This document shows positions 17,842 through 26,727 of a DNA stretch of 64,000 bases, in pieces. This DNA comes from Candidatus Altimarinota bacterium (GTDB taxonomy: Bacteria; Patescibacteriota; Gracilibacteria; UBA4473). The stretch covers positions 60,202 to 124,201 of the forward strand of contig JABAZT010000020.1 in the NCBI GenBank assembly GCA_018608565.1. Direction: 5' to 3'. The notes beneath the pieces were generated by a model. It was given only the letters and a program-made list of their open reading frames with translations, made no database searches and was not told the origin of the DNA. Position 1 is the first letter of the stretch. Each line of letters opens with the position of its first letter. A program made the translations under genes and the position numbers.

Positions 17842-19481
17842 CCATCTTCTAAATCAAGGTTCAAAGTCTCATTAATACCTTTAGAATCAGCATAATCGGT
17901 TCTGACTATGTTTTTGAGCTTCCATTCGTCAGGTTTGAACCTCAACCAGAGGGTAGTAACTACTTTTTTCTTCCCAGCTGTATCGTACTCAGTACAAACA
18001 TTGACTCGATCGACAAGCAATTGCATGATCCAACGCTTTTTATCATGATCTAAATTCTTCATAAGTGTTTTTACTTTGTTTTTTGTATCAGTGATTTCCT
18101 TTACGTTAACGTGTAATTCCGAGAGGGTTTCAAGTTCTTTTTCGAGACCTTCTTGATATTCTATTTGTACTTCAATTTCCGTTTCAAGTTTTGGTGCCTG
18201 CCTTTGAAAGACTTCATCACTAATTTTTCCTTCTATCATCTTATTTTCAAGACTACATCGTTTACTTTGTAGATCTCGTAGTTTTTTCTTAGTATTGTCT
18301 AGTTGTTCTTGAAGCGTTCCTGCTTTGCTTTTTTCAATTTGTTTCCGATAATACTCTTCTACAAAAACGGATGGATCATCAAAAGCCTCTGTAATCCTCC
18401 TCCAGACGAAATCTTCTAGCGGCTTACTAGGAATTTCATTTACTTTTTGCTTTACCCCAAGATGAGTGAATGATTGTCTTCTATAGCTAGAACCTCCTTT
18501 GCTTCGCCCTGCTCCTACAAATTTTTGTGGTGGATCATAATCCATGTCATAGAGCTTTCCAGAGAGGAGGTATGACGTACTCTTCCTTCCTCCAAGGTTT
18601 TGCTTTCGTTGTTCTTGTGCAAAGGAAAACAATGTGTCAGAGATAATTTCAGGACATGCTCCGTATTCCCATTCATCCTCTGGAAGTTTATCTTTAGAGT
18701 CTGAATCCGTATAGGAAACAACATACCTTCCTAAATAGTGTGTACATTTGAGGATTGTTTCTATTTTTTCTGCGTCCCAGATCATGTTCTTTTTTGCTCT
18801 GGTGTGTTTTCCAAGAGGAATAGCCTCAGCATTAAGTTCATTCGATATCATACGTTGCCCTTTGCCTTTATAGACATAAGAATTAAAGATTCGCTCAATA
18901 ACCGCTACTTCTTCAGGAATTGGCTCTAATACGCTCCCTTTTCCCAGAGGGCTTGCCACTTTGTCGTATCCATAAGGAATACTGCTTCCAACGTAGTTTC
19001 CTGATTGGGCTGATGCGATTTTTCCTGTTTGTGTTCTACCCTTAATTAATTCTCTCTCAAATTCAGCAAGAGCTCCAAATATTTGGAATATCAACCTTCC
19101 CATTGGACCGTGGAAATCAATGTTTTCTTGAAGAGAAATAAAGCTTGTTTCGTTTTTCTTAAGCTCATCTAAGAACTGGAGAAGATGCCTGAGATTTCGG
19201 CTCATACGATCAATTTTCCATACAAGCACTGCATCTACTTTTCTAGCCTTTACGAGTTCCATCATTTTTTGATAGGCGGGACGATTTAGATCCGATCCAG
19301 AACCAGTATCTTGAAAAACCCATTCGTCTTTTGTAATAAGATTGAGTGCGGGGTTATTTTCAACGTAATCAATCAGCTTATTCTGCTGATCACCAAGACT
19401 GTAACCATCTCGTTGTTGTTCTTGCGTAGAGACTCGTATGTATATCGCTACTCTCCGTTTAGATTCATTATTTGATAACAT
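17826..19481 (-). CDS. large serine recombinase (integrase)
   Basis: 551 aa. N-terminal resolvase domain 'VAIYIRVSTQEQ...', a recombinase domain and a C-terminal coiled coil. The last 5 codons plus the stop overlap the tRNA 3' end by 16 nt. Confidence 0.9.
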   Translation of the reverse strand: MLSNNESKRRVAIYIRVSTQEQQRDGYSLGDQQNKLIDYVENNPALNLITKDEWVFQDTGSGSDLNRPAYQKMMELVKARKVDAVLVWKIDRMSRNLRHLLQFLDELKKNETSFISLQENIDFHGPMGRLIFQIFGALAEFERELIKGRTQTGKIASAQSGNYVGSSIPYGYDKVASPLGKGSVLEPIPEEVAVIERIFNSYVYKGKGQRMISNELNAEAIPLGKHTRAKKNMIWDAEKIETILKCTHYLGRYVVSYTDSDSKDKLPEDEWEYGACPEIISDTLFSFAQEQRKQNLGGRKSTSYLLSGKLYDMDYDPPQKFVGAGRSKGGSSYRRQSFTHLGVKQKVNEIPSKPLEDFVWRRITEAFDDPSVFVEEYYRKQIEKSKAGTLQEQLDNTKKKLRDLQSKRCSLENKMIEGKISDEVFQRQAPKLETEIEVQIEYQEGLEKELETLSELHVNVKEITDTKNKVKTLMKNLDHDKKRWIMQLLVDRVNVCTEYDTAGKKKVVTTLWLRFKPDEWKLKNIVRTDYADSKGINETLNLDLEDGGGPS

Positions 19482-19502
19482 CCAATGAATTATAGGAGAT
19501 TT

Positions 19503-19542
19503 TTTATAAAAATAAACCGCCCTTAAGAAATCTTAAGGACGG
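19503..19542 (-). terminator. rho-independent terminator (minus strand)
   Basis: Hairpin 'ccgcccttaag-aaat-cttaaggacgg' (one mismatch), followed on the minus strand by 'tttattttta'. Confidence 0.6.
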
Positions 19543-19562
19543 CTTTGAAAGACTGTTTAAAA

Positions 19563-19754
19563 CTAGCTTTTACTTGTTTTCTTGGGGAGACTATCAAACA
19601 CCCCACAGTGATCCAAAATATCTGTTATTTGAGAAACAGAAACTGCTTCTTTGTCAGACGAATAGCGCGTGTGAAACTGATAGGTTGTTCCACGGTTGGT
19701 TGTGAAGGACTCTTCACATTTGCCCAGATCAGGTTTGATTGGGACCGATCGCAC
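19563..19754 (-). CDS. small hypothetical protein
   Basis: 63-aa ORF followed directly by the terminator at 19503-19542. No motifs. Confidence 0.25.
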   Translation of the reverse strand: MRSVPIKPDLGKCEESFTTNRGTTYQFHTRYSSDKEAVSVSQITDILDHCGVFDSLPKKTSKS

Positions 19755-20285
19755 TCCAGTATCTTTTTTCTGCTTAGAAATGTGATAGGAGATTAGCGTT
19801 ATTTGGACGTATCAAGATATTATCTATCTTTCAAAATCCATGTTGAAGATCTTACTCTTTTTTTATTAAGATGCAAAGGTACAATACTTTGTCTACTCCG
19901 TCAATTCGTCTACTCTGCGTATTCGTGTAACTTTTTCTTTACCAGAGGGTTGAACTACTCTCTTCCACCCCCTTTAAATAGCTCATATTCTCTCTCTAGA
20001 AGATTTTTAATGTGCTATGGTGGAAAATTATTATTTTATTCAGGGTTTGTATCAAGAGTAGAGGCTAAAGATCGGTTATTGAGATTGCCCTAAGTAGTAT
20101 ATCTAAGTTGTCCCCCCTGCCTTGAACAAGGGGGATTTTTTCCTACTTACCACATTTTTTCCTGAGAGGGGCAGGTGTGCTTCTCTTGTGTGTCTTTACT
20201 GTGACTGTTTTTCGTCCTGGTTTGCCTCCGACTCTTGTCGGTCGGCATTTAGTCTTTGTTGCCATCGTTCTTGGTTTTTAATGAA

Positions 20286-20313
20286 TTAAGAAAAGCCCCT
20301 CAACTGAGGGGCT
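20286..20313 (-). terminator. rho-independent terminator after the YegP-like gene
   Basis: Stem 'agcccctc/gaggggct' with loop 'aact', then a short U-run on the minus strand. Confidence 0.55.
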
Positions 20314-20321
20314 GATTGTTT

Positions 20322-20501
20322 CTACTTTATCTCGTAGATTTTGGCAGAGGAAGCATTTTTTTTGAGTAGAGCAATACCATTTAAGGCATTCTGCTTAGTG
20401 GTATAGCCTTCGCCGCTATCTGCTATTATCTCTCCGTTACCGGCTTTTAAGTGCCACCGGTATTCTTTGGAATTGTCTTTGTATATAGAGAACCTAAACA
20501 T
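20322..20501 (-). CDS. DUF1508 / YegP-like small protein (59 aa, below the ORF-track cutoff)
   Basis: Hand translation gives 'MFRFSIYKDNSKEYRWHLKAGNGEIIADSGEGYTTKQNALNGIALLKKNASSAKIYEIK'. This matches the YegP repeat pattern (F..y.d..g.yRf.LKA.NGE.I..SegY..k..a..GI). Confidence 0.75.
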   Translation of the reverse strand: MFRFSIYKDNSKEYRWHLKAGNGEIIADSGEGYTTKQNALNGIALLKKNASSAKIYEIK

Positions 20502-20828
20502 GATTGAAATTTGTTTCTAAAATATCCTGTTAAAACAGGTAGTTAGCAGGAAGAGAAAAAAGATCCTGCTTTGCGAAGACAAATAAACTGCACCAGGTTT
20601 CTGGTGTTGAAATTTGCTTGCGCTTTCCGCAGAACCTCTTATCGTGAGGGGCGTAGCCGTCCAAAACTACACGAAGAAACTTTTTCTCGGTCACCTGTTC
20701 AAGCAGGCGGGATGAGGTTTCTTTTTAGATGATTCTGATGGTTTTTCGTTTGCTCATACCATAATTATCAGAATCCATTCGACTTTGTCAAACCTTATTA
20801 ACAACTTTCGAATTTCTGTTGAATCTTG

Positions 20829-20856
20829 TTGACAACTTTTGTGTTCAGGATAGGAT
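20829..20856 (+). promoter_or_regulatory. candidate sigma70-type promoter giving a leaderless XRE-ImmA mRNA
   Basis: TTGACA (20829-20834), 16-nt spacer, TAGGAT (20851-20856). The ATG at 20864 lies 7-8 nt downstream. Related half-sites: TTGTCAA (20785), TTAACAACTTT (20798), TTGACAACTTT (20829). Confidence 0.4.
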
Positions 20857-20863
20857 TTAGACA

Positions 20864-21721
20864 ATGGAAGATCGAAAAAAAGAAATCGGTAAAAATATTC
20901 GAAACACTCGAGAACAGTTGGGGCTTTCGCAGAGCCAGCTTGCTGAAAAGGTTGGGAAGAAATCGACAGCATTTATTGCCTACGTAGAAGCAGGAGAGCG
21001 TAATATAAGCACTTTAGATCTACTCACGATCGCACGAGTACTAGAAACAACAGTTTCAGAGTTGGTAGGAGAAGTCGAAACCAGCGATGCAAAAGTATCA
21101 ATGGCTCTTCGATCTGATCTTGGCCTCAATTCTAAAAATCGAGAAAAGGTGATTGGATATTATGAATTTTTACGATCGAAAGAGGACTCTGGGGATAATG
21201 AAAAAGTATCCATCACAGATCCTCGATACAAGGAAGCTGAAGCAAAGGCTCATGAGGTATGGAAGGAATTAGGCGAGTCGGAGGTGCCTACCAATCTACA
21301 GTCGATAGTTAAAAAACTGGGAATTCCTGTAAAAAAAGTGGAAGGAATTGATATTGAAGGACTTGCTTTTTCTTCTCGGGGAGGAGAAGTTTTTATTATG
21401 TTCAATGGGAGCGATCCATTAGCTCGTCGTCGCTTTACCGTGGCTCATGAAATTGGTCATTTTCTCTTGGATCACATTCCTATTGAAGGAGCGACTGAAC
21501 AAATCTCTCAAAACGCACAAGAAAAAGAAGCCAATACTTTTTCTAGCCACCTACTTGTTCCTCGAGCTGATCTTAAAGAATTTGTTAAAAATAAGAATAA
21601 AACACTTGAGGATATTGTTGGTCGCTACAATGTGAGCAAGGAAGTTGCGACTTATGCAGTTTTAAATACCCGAGGGATACTTGATAAACTTGCCCTAGAT
21701 CCTGATTCAGGAGGGTTTTAA
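20864..21721 (+). CDS. XRE-family HTH fused to ImmA/IrrE-type (M78) zinc metallopeptidase
   Basis: 285 aa. N-terminal 'IGKNIRNTREQLGLSQSQLAEKVGKKSTAFIAYVEAGERN' and C-terminal 'VAHEIGHFLLDH' (HExxH). Confidence 0.85.
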   Translation: MEDRKKEIGKNIRNTREQLGLSQSQLAEKVGKKSTAFIAYVEAGERNISTLDLLTIARVLETTVSELVGEVETSDAKVSMALRSDLGLNSKNREKVIGYYEFLRSKEDSGDNEKVSITDPRYKEAEAKAHEVWKELGESEVPTNLQSIVKKLGIPVKKVEGIDIEGLAFSSRGGEVFIMFNGSDPLARRRFTVAHEIGHFLLDHIPIEGATEQISQNAQEKEANTFSSHLLVPRADLKEFVKNKNKTLEDIVGRYNVSKEVATYAVLNTRGILDKLALDPDSGGF

Positions 21722-21795
21722 TTCATGATGATAAACAAAAATGGACGGCCTTCGAAATTTAGTGGATAAGTTCAGTTAAGAATTTTTGCTTAGTA

Positions 21796-22830
21796 TTATT
21801 CATCCATAAGACGTTGCCCCTCTGTTGCTTGAGCTTGAAAACGATTTATAAAAGGCTGAAGAGTTCGTGTATTGATTTGCTGTGGACTCGGAACGCCTTC
21901 TGTAAAAAGATCGTATATCTTCTCTTTCCAATTGTTACACTTAATTTGATCTGTACAGCTTTTTTGGTATTCCGACGACCATTCTTTACCAGTCTTTTGT
22001 TCTAGGAAATTTTCTATTCCCTTCCCTTGAGATGAAGAAATATTATTAATTTCGTCTATTAATTTTTGCTCTTTTGGTGGCACATCACCACTAGCGGTAT
22101 TTACATAGTAATAAAACTCAAGACGGTAAATGAAATCACTAATTTCATCAAAATTAAAAACTTTTTTAAATTCATCAGAGCGTTTATCCTGCATGTAAAT
22201 TAAAATTTCATCTGCTCTCTTATAAACCTGAAAGGCTTGCAAGGCTTCGTCAACTTCTAATGGCGAATACTTTTTATCGACCGTGATTTTTACGTCTATC
22301 ACTAAATCTGATGTAATTTTCTCAATTAACGAATTATCACAATCATCAGTAAACTTAGGGAGACAAGCTTCTTTGAATTCATTTTCATACAAAGAGAGGC
22401 GGATTTCGTTAATCCATCTTGTTATTTTCGTCTGATAGTCCTTTTGATAAGCGATAAAGTTCGACTGACTTATTACCTCTATAGCCTCGGCCACCTCTTC
22501 ATCGTATTTCAAAAAAGATTCCAAAACATCTGCCATTTCTTTCTCTTTATACACTTTCGCATGGCTTTGTTTTACTTGCTTTAAAAGCTTAACATTCAAA
22601 GCCTCTCGAATATCTGATTTAAAACGAAGAAATCCCACACGAGCTTGTCTTGCTTGTTCTTCTTGTTCTGCTTTTTGTACTGCTACTTTTGCTTGTTCTT
22701 CTCCTGCCTTCTGCCGTTCATAGCGGGAATTTAGTAGAAATGCACCACCCAAAATAAGTATTAGCAAACCAAGAGCATACCATTTGATGTTCTGTTGCTT
22801 GGTCTTGGTTACGCGAGTTTTGTTAGCCAT
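21796..22830 (-). CDS. membrane-anchored coiled-coil hypothetical protein
   Basis: 344 aa with one N-terminal TM ('WYALGLLILILGGAFLL') and helical E/K-rich remainder. Confidence 0.5.
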   Translation of the reverse strand: MANKTRVTKTKQQNIKWYALGLLILILGGAFLLNSRYERQKAGEEQAKVAVQKAEQEEQARQARVGFLRFKSDIREALNVKLLKQVKQSHAKVYKEKEMADVLESFLKYDEEVAEAIEVISQSNFIAYQKDYQTKITRWINEIRLSLYENEFKEACLPKFTDDCDNSLIEKITSDLVIDVKITVDKKYSPLEVDEALQAFQVYKRADEILIYMQDKRSDEFKKVFNFDEISDFIYRLEFYYYVNTASGDVPPKEQKLIDEINNISSSQGKGIENFLEQKTGKEWSSEYQKSCTDQIKCNNWKEKIYDLFTEGVPSPQQINTRTLQPFINRFQAQATEGQRLMDE

Positions 22831-22855
22831 GATTTTTAAAGGTTAATAAGAAAAA

Positions 22856-23284
22856 TTATCGAGTACAAACGAAGGAAACATAGTTACGACTGTCGCTGTT
22901 TTGGGTTGCCCAGTTACTTCCTCCTCCGTCAAAATGTTCAACCCACGCATACGGAGAATCTTCTTTTGAATCGTTAGTCCACAGGTGCGAAATACTACTA
23001 TTTTGTGCCTTGTAGTATTGCTTCAGCTCTTCAATAACAGGAAGTACTTGCTCTTTCTTCGCTAGATATCCATTACTCTCTCTGCAGTGCATTTTAGCTC
23101 GTGCCCAGGTTAGGTTTGTTATCGCTCCCTTGGGATCAAAAAAGCACTTATTGTTGTGTGAAAGTAGGCAGTTTACTTCTACTTTTTCGGGTTCTGAATT
23201 ATTTTCAGGTTCATCTGAACTAAAAAATACTGCGTACAAAATTGCGGGGAGAAGAACTATCACGAAGAATAAATTTTTTGGCAT
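22856..23284 (-). CDS. small secreted protein, possible C-type-lectin-like fold
   Basis: 142 aa. Signal peptide 'FFVIVLLPAILYAVF'. 'LTWARAKMHCRESNGYLAKKEQ...IEEL' and 'WATQNSDSRNYVSFVC' resemble the CTLD pattern (W.eA...C...G..La...s.eE ... W....fvC). Confidence 0.4.
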   Translation of the reverse strand: MPKNLFFVIVLLPAILYAVFFSSDEPENNSEPEKVEVNCLLSHNNKCFFDPKGAITNLTWARAKMHCRESNGYLAKKEQVLPVIEELKQYYKAQNSSISHLWTNDSKEDSPYAWVEHFDGGGSNWATQNSDSRNYVSFVCTR

Positions 23285-23324
23285 GCTGTAGGGGGGTTAG
23301 GAATACCCCACGCATAAGCAAAAG

Positions 23325-23486
23325 CGGGGCATAGTGGTCGCTACAACCTTACACGCTTTACCAGTCCACAAGTGGAAATCAAAACGGGTACTATGCCCCG
23401 TATTACTGACTCCCACTAAAAAATAGCAGTACTGGTAAATTAAATAAAAACGATGTAAAGGTTGTAGCTATTTCATTGTAATAGCT
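23325..23486. other. cluster of crossing inverted repeats (structured RNA or recombination/replication site)
   Basis: A 23325-23335 pairs with 23390-23400 (11/11). B 23340-23349 pairs with 23459-23468 (10/10, extendable past a bulge). C 23357-23365 pairs with 23431-23439 (9/9). A hairpin forms at 23466-23472/23480-23486. A-A' crosses B-B' and C-C'. Confidence 0.5.
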
Positions 23487-23599
23487 TTCCGTAACGGTGA
23501 AAAGAGTTTTTCTCTGAATTTCTCTTTCTAGAGAGATTCTTTGCTTGTCCATAACAAACTCCAAAGTAGAATATTCAATAGTATTGAGAGCAAAGATTC

Positions 23600-23848
23600 A
23601 TGCCAAAACGTCAGAAGTCTATTATCTATGATACTTTCTTTGGAAGAGGATATGAACTAGATATCTTTTGTGAACTACACAAAGAAGACGGAGTAATAGC
23701 GAGTATTACCCTTGAAGACAAAAAACAGGACAAGTCCGCTTATATTAAAATCGAAGGAGATGATTTAAAGAAAATTATTCAATTTATGAGCCGTATGGCG
23801 AATAAGAGTGAAAAAGGCCATAAGAGGTATTGGAAAGAGAAACAATAG
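23600..23848 (+). CDS. small hypothetical protein
   Basis: 82-aa ORF, convergent with the tyrosine recombinase. Confidence 0.4.
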   Translation: MPKRQKSIIYDTFFGRGYELDIFCELHKEDGVIASITLEDKKQDKSAYIKIEGDDLKKIIQFMSRMANKSEKGHKRYWKEKQ

Positions 23849-23858
23849 GAATCTTCTA

Positions 23859-24872
23859 TTAAGTTCGCTCCACAGCCTCTTGCAGATCCTCAATCCTATG
23901 CTGAGTATAAATAGCCGTCGTATTGATATTCGAATGTCCTAGGATTTGAGCTAGTCCAACCATATCATTGGGATTGGCTTGTAAGTATCGATAGGCGAAA
24001 GAATGTCGTAGTTTGTGTGGGCTACAGGGGATTCCTACTTTCTTTGAGTACTTTTCAACGATCTTATTCGTAGCCAGAACCGTCAATATCCCCCTCTGAC
24101 CAATAAAAAGAAATCCCTCGTTCTTTTGAATTTGATTTTCATAGAACTCTAGATGCTGTCTAACGAGAGATCTCAGTCGGTTGTTAAGCGGAACCGTTCG
24201 AGTTTTATTTCCTTTCGTATTTTGGATCAGGAGCGTTCCTTTTCTCTCAGATAGATCAACATGCCTTTTCTCAATAGAAACCACCTCAGAGGCTCGTAAA
24301 CCAGCAGAGAGCATGAGTTCTATCATGCATAGGTCTCGAATATTTCCAATCAGCTCTACCTCCTTTATTAATTTACGAGATTCTTGAGAGGACAGACCTT
24401 TTGGAGATAGGCTCTGTTGAGGAATAGATCGAATTCCATCCGTTGGATCATTTTGAAGGATCTTCTGTTTTAAAGCAGTCTTAAAGAATATTCTCAGGTG
24501 TGTAAGCCTCCGATTAATCGTAGCGGGCAAGAGTTCTTTGTTTTGGCAGGAAGTCCGATATTCGATAATGTCTCGAGGTATAACTCGCTGAAATTCAAAG
24601 CTTTCTCCGTTCATGGACTCATACCAGCTTAAAAAATCTTTCAGATCGTTCGAGAGAGCAATAAAGGTGTTGTCTGAAAAATCCCTCTGCGAAAGACTCT
24701 GTAAGACTGTTTCTAGATCTTTTGATTGAATACACTTGGAGATTTTCTGAGGACTTAGAATTAAGTTCATGAGACAAAGGGTTATTTGATCTATTTTAAA
24801 GCCTTGAAAGGGCTTTTGGCTACCAAATAACGACAAACTATTCTCTTCTCCGAGCGAGTGGGTGCGCCTCAA
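23859..24872 (-). CDS. tyrosine recombinase / integrase (XerC/D-like)
   Basis: 337-aa ORF. 'LSAGLRASEV' (Arg I), 'HKLRHSFA' (HxxR), 'LGHSNINTTAIYTQ' (His and catalytic Tyr). The true start may be the internal M35. Confidence 0.9.
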   Translation of the reverse strand: MRRTHSLGEENSLSLFGSQKPFQGFKIDQITLCLMNLILSPQKISKCIQSKDLETVLQSLSQRDFSDNTFIALSNDLKDFLSWYESMNGESFEFQRVIPRDIIEYRTSCQNKELLPATINRRLTHLRIFFKTALKQKILQNDPTDGIRSIPQQSLSPKGLSSQESRKLIKEVELIGNIRDLCMIELMLSAGLRASEVVSIEKRHVDLSERKGTLLIQNTKGNKTRTVPLNNRLRSLVRQHLEFYENQIQKNEGFLFIGQRGILTVLATNKIVEKYSKKVGIPCSPHKLRHSFAYRYLQANPNDMVGLAQILGHSNINTTAIYTQHRIEDLQEAVERT

Positions 24873-24876
24873 TAGA

Positions 24877-24976
24877 TTATTTAGAGAGTTTTCTATCCCT
24901 TAATTCCCTAAAAAACACCCTAGGGGTATTCAGATTCCCCAATAGTCTCTAAAGAATGGTTATTATTTAGAGAGTT
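24877..24976 (+). repeat. two direct copies of 'ttatttagagagtt' plus one inverted partial copy upstream of the integrase
   Basis: Exact 14-mers at 24877-24890 and 24963-24976. Inverted 'tctctaaa' lies near 24946. Confidence 0.6.
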
Positions 24977-25110
24977 CTTTTTTAAGCGAGTTCTTTAATT
25001 TTCATGATCTAAGCTCTATTTTATTTCATTTAAATTGGAAAATAATGTTCAATTTATCCTCTCCCCCCCCATACCCCCAATTTCGACTCGGTATACAATA
25101 TTTTGAAGCA

Positions 25111-25163
25111 TTTCAACGAGTTAACAGAGGACACTATTAAACGAATTAGGAATAAAAACTACT
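25111..25163 (+). repeat. direct repeat, left copy (36 bp perfect, about 52 bp with 3 indels/mismatches)
   Basis: 'tttcaacgagttaacagaggacactattaaacgaat' is identical to 29051-29086. The extension '..agga.t.aaaaactact' is also shared. Confidence 0.85.
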
Positions 25164-25292
25164 CACTTGTTCGCTATAGTTTGCGGATTGAAATTTTGAG
25201 TGTGAAGCTATAAGGGATTATTTCGATTCAAGATTGACACAGGGGGCTTGAGAGGTAGTCAACAGGGGATGAAGTAATAAATAGACGATGTA

Positions 25293-26216
25293 TCAGCAAT
25301 TTTTAAGTCCACAATCTTCACCGATGACTTCTAATTCGAGGGTTACATGCCCTACGTTATATGATGAGAATACTTTCCTGATACGATCTTTCATCTCTTT
25401 TTGGTTCTCCCATTGTCCTTTCCGAACAACGATGTGACAAGAGCCAATATTATTCGCTCCATCGAGTGACCAGATATGCAAATCATGAACTTCAGAAATT
25501 GCTTTATCGCTCTGTAACCCTCTTATAATTGCTGTATCATCCACATCATTAGGTACTCCTTGCAAGAATAGATGTGTTGCCTTACTCCCGCTCCGAATAC
25601 CATGGAAGAATATCCAGATAGAAATTCCTAAAGCTAGCAAGGGATCGATGATATACCACTCCGTAAAATAAATAATGATACTTCCAACTAAAACCACGCA
25701 CCACCCCAGCAGATCTTCTAGCAAGTGAAGAGAGATAACTTTTTCATTCATCGTTTTTCCCTTTTGGATTTTCCATACAGCAATCCCATTAATAAGGACT
25801 CCGAATACCGCAAAAATAAACATAATTTTACTTTGTACTTCCGCTGGCTCTTGAAGCCTCCCAATCGCTAAGTATCCCATAAAAACTGCTCCTATAATAA
25901 GTATCAAGCTATTAATCAATGCACTGAGGAGAGAGAACCGTTTATATCCATAGCTAAAAGACTTACTCCGCTTTCGTTGTCCTATCTTGGCAAAGAGCCA
26001 GGCGAAGGCTATCGCCAAGGCATCTCCCATGTCATGCAGTGCATCTGAAAGTAGTGCAATGCTGTTACTGAGGATTCCTCCTATCAACTCGATGATAGCA
26101 AAGCTGAAATTGAGACAGAACGCGATTCCAAGATTCTTAGTCTCCTCCGATTCTTGATGATGATTCGAGCAACTACAGGGCATTTTTTTTCTTTTTAAAT
26201 GGACAAGGAAGAGCAA
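25293..26216 (-). CDS. cation diffusion facilitator (CzcD/ZitB-like) metal efflux transporter
   Basis: 307-aa ORF with probable start at 'MPCSCSNHHQESEE' (about 26183). TM helices with 'LLSDALHDMGDA' and the C-terminal 'HDLHIWSL...HVTLELE' CDF signature. Confidence 0.85.
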   Translation of the reverse strand: MLFLVHLKRKKMPCSCSNHHQESEETKNLGIAFCLNFSFAIIELIGGILSNSIALLSDALHDMGDALAIAFAWLFAKIGQRKRSKSFSYGYKRFSLLSALINSLILIIGAVFMGYLAIGRLQEPAEVQSKIMFIFAVFGVLINGIAVWKIQKGKTMNEKVISLHLLEDLLGWCVVLVGSIIIYFTEWYIIDPLLALGISIWIFFHGIRSGSKATHLFLQGVPNDVDDTAIIRGLQSDKAISEVHDLHIWSLDGANNIGSCHIVVRKGQWENQKEMKDRIRKVFSSYNVGHVTLELEVIGEDCGLKNC

Positions 26217-26727
26217 GGAAGATAAGTACGGTTGGAATTAGATTGGCGATAAAATGCCACCAAACCCGAAAATTGGTCAGTGCGACCCTATCATATATAT
26301 CGGTTCCATACGGTTGGAAATATCCAAAGAGAGTACTCATTCCAATAGGTTGGTGTAAATAGTATGCAGTACAAAATAACATTATGTGTTCAAATAGATG
26401 AATAACTTGAATCCAAAATGCCCATTTAGTGTATTTGTTGCGAATAAAAATCTGAAGTCCGATTATTCCTATTAAAAACAAGGTATTTCCAATTAAATGT
26501 AACGACTCAACGCCAAGACGAAAAACACGATGATAATCCTCTTCTCCTGGAGCAATTCGTTCCCCAAGCATCCAAACAAGTTCTGTTGCCCAAGGGGTCA
26601 TATATGGCATATTTCGAAATCCTCGAAACCATTCCCAAAGTTGGATAAAATGTTCTGCAAAATGAAAAAGTTGAAATATGAGCAATGCAGATACAAAACT
26701 CGCCACGATTATTTTTACGGTCTTCAT
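26173..26727 (-). CDS. polytopic membrane protein with paired His motifs
   Basis: 184 aa. 'HFAEH' and 'HLFEH' lie within TM segments. Start overlaps the upstream gene's stop (ATGA). Confidence 0.5.
   Translation of the reverse strand: MKTVKIIVASFVSALLIFQLFHFAEHFIQLWEWFRGFRNMPYMTPWATELVWMLGERIAPGEEDYHRVFRLGVESLHLIGNTLFLIGIIGLQIFIRNKYTKWAFWIQVIHLFEHIMLFCTAYYLHQPIGMSTLFGYFQPYGTDIYDRVALTNFRVWWHFIANLIPTVLIFLALPCPFKKKKNAL

Noticed and set aside
19803-20093. A 96-aa plus-strand ORF in the island control region.
   Set aside because: It has an implausible composition (Leu/Phe/Ser/Cys-rich with no charged segments). It spans tandem 17-mers and ends at a hairpin, so it is more likely non-coding.
20754-20972. 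A 72-aa minus-strand ORF overlapping the start of the XRE-ImmA gene.
   Set aside because: It overlaps the promoter/operator region and the HTH-coding 5' end of a well-supported gene, and it has no motifs.
22856-23600. A possible diversity-generating retroelement targeting the lectin-like gene. Short matches link the gene's 3' part to the adjacent intergenic region ('cccacgcata'; 'agtccaca.gtg.gaaat').
   Set aside because: No reverse transcriptase ORF exists anywhere in the window. The two short matches are not colinear (45 vs 56 nt apart), and there is no ~100-nt template/variable repeat pair with adenine-specific differences.
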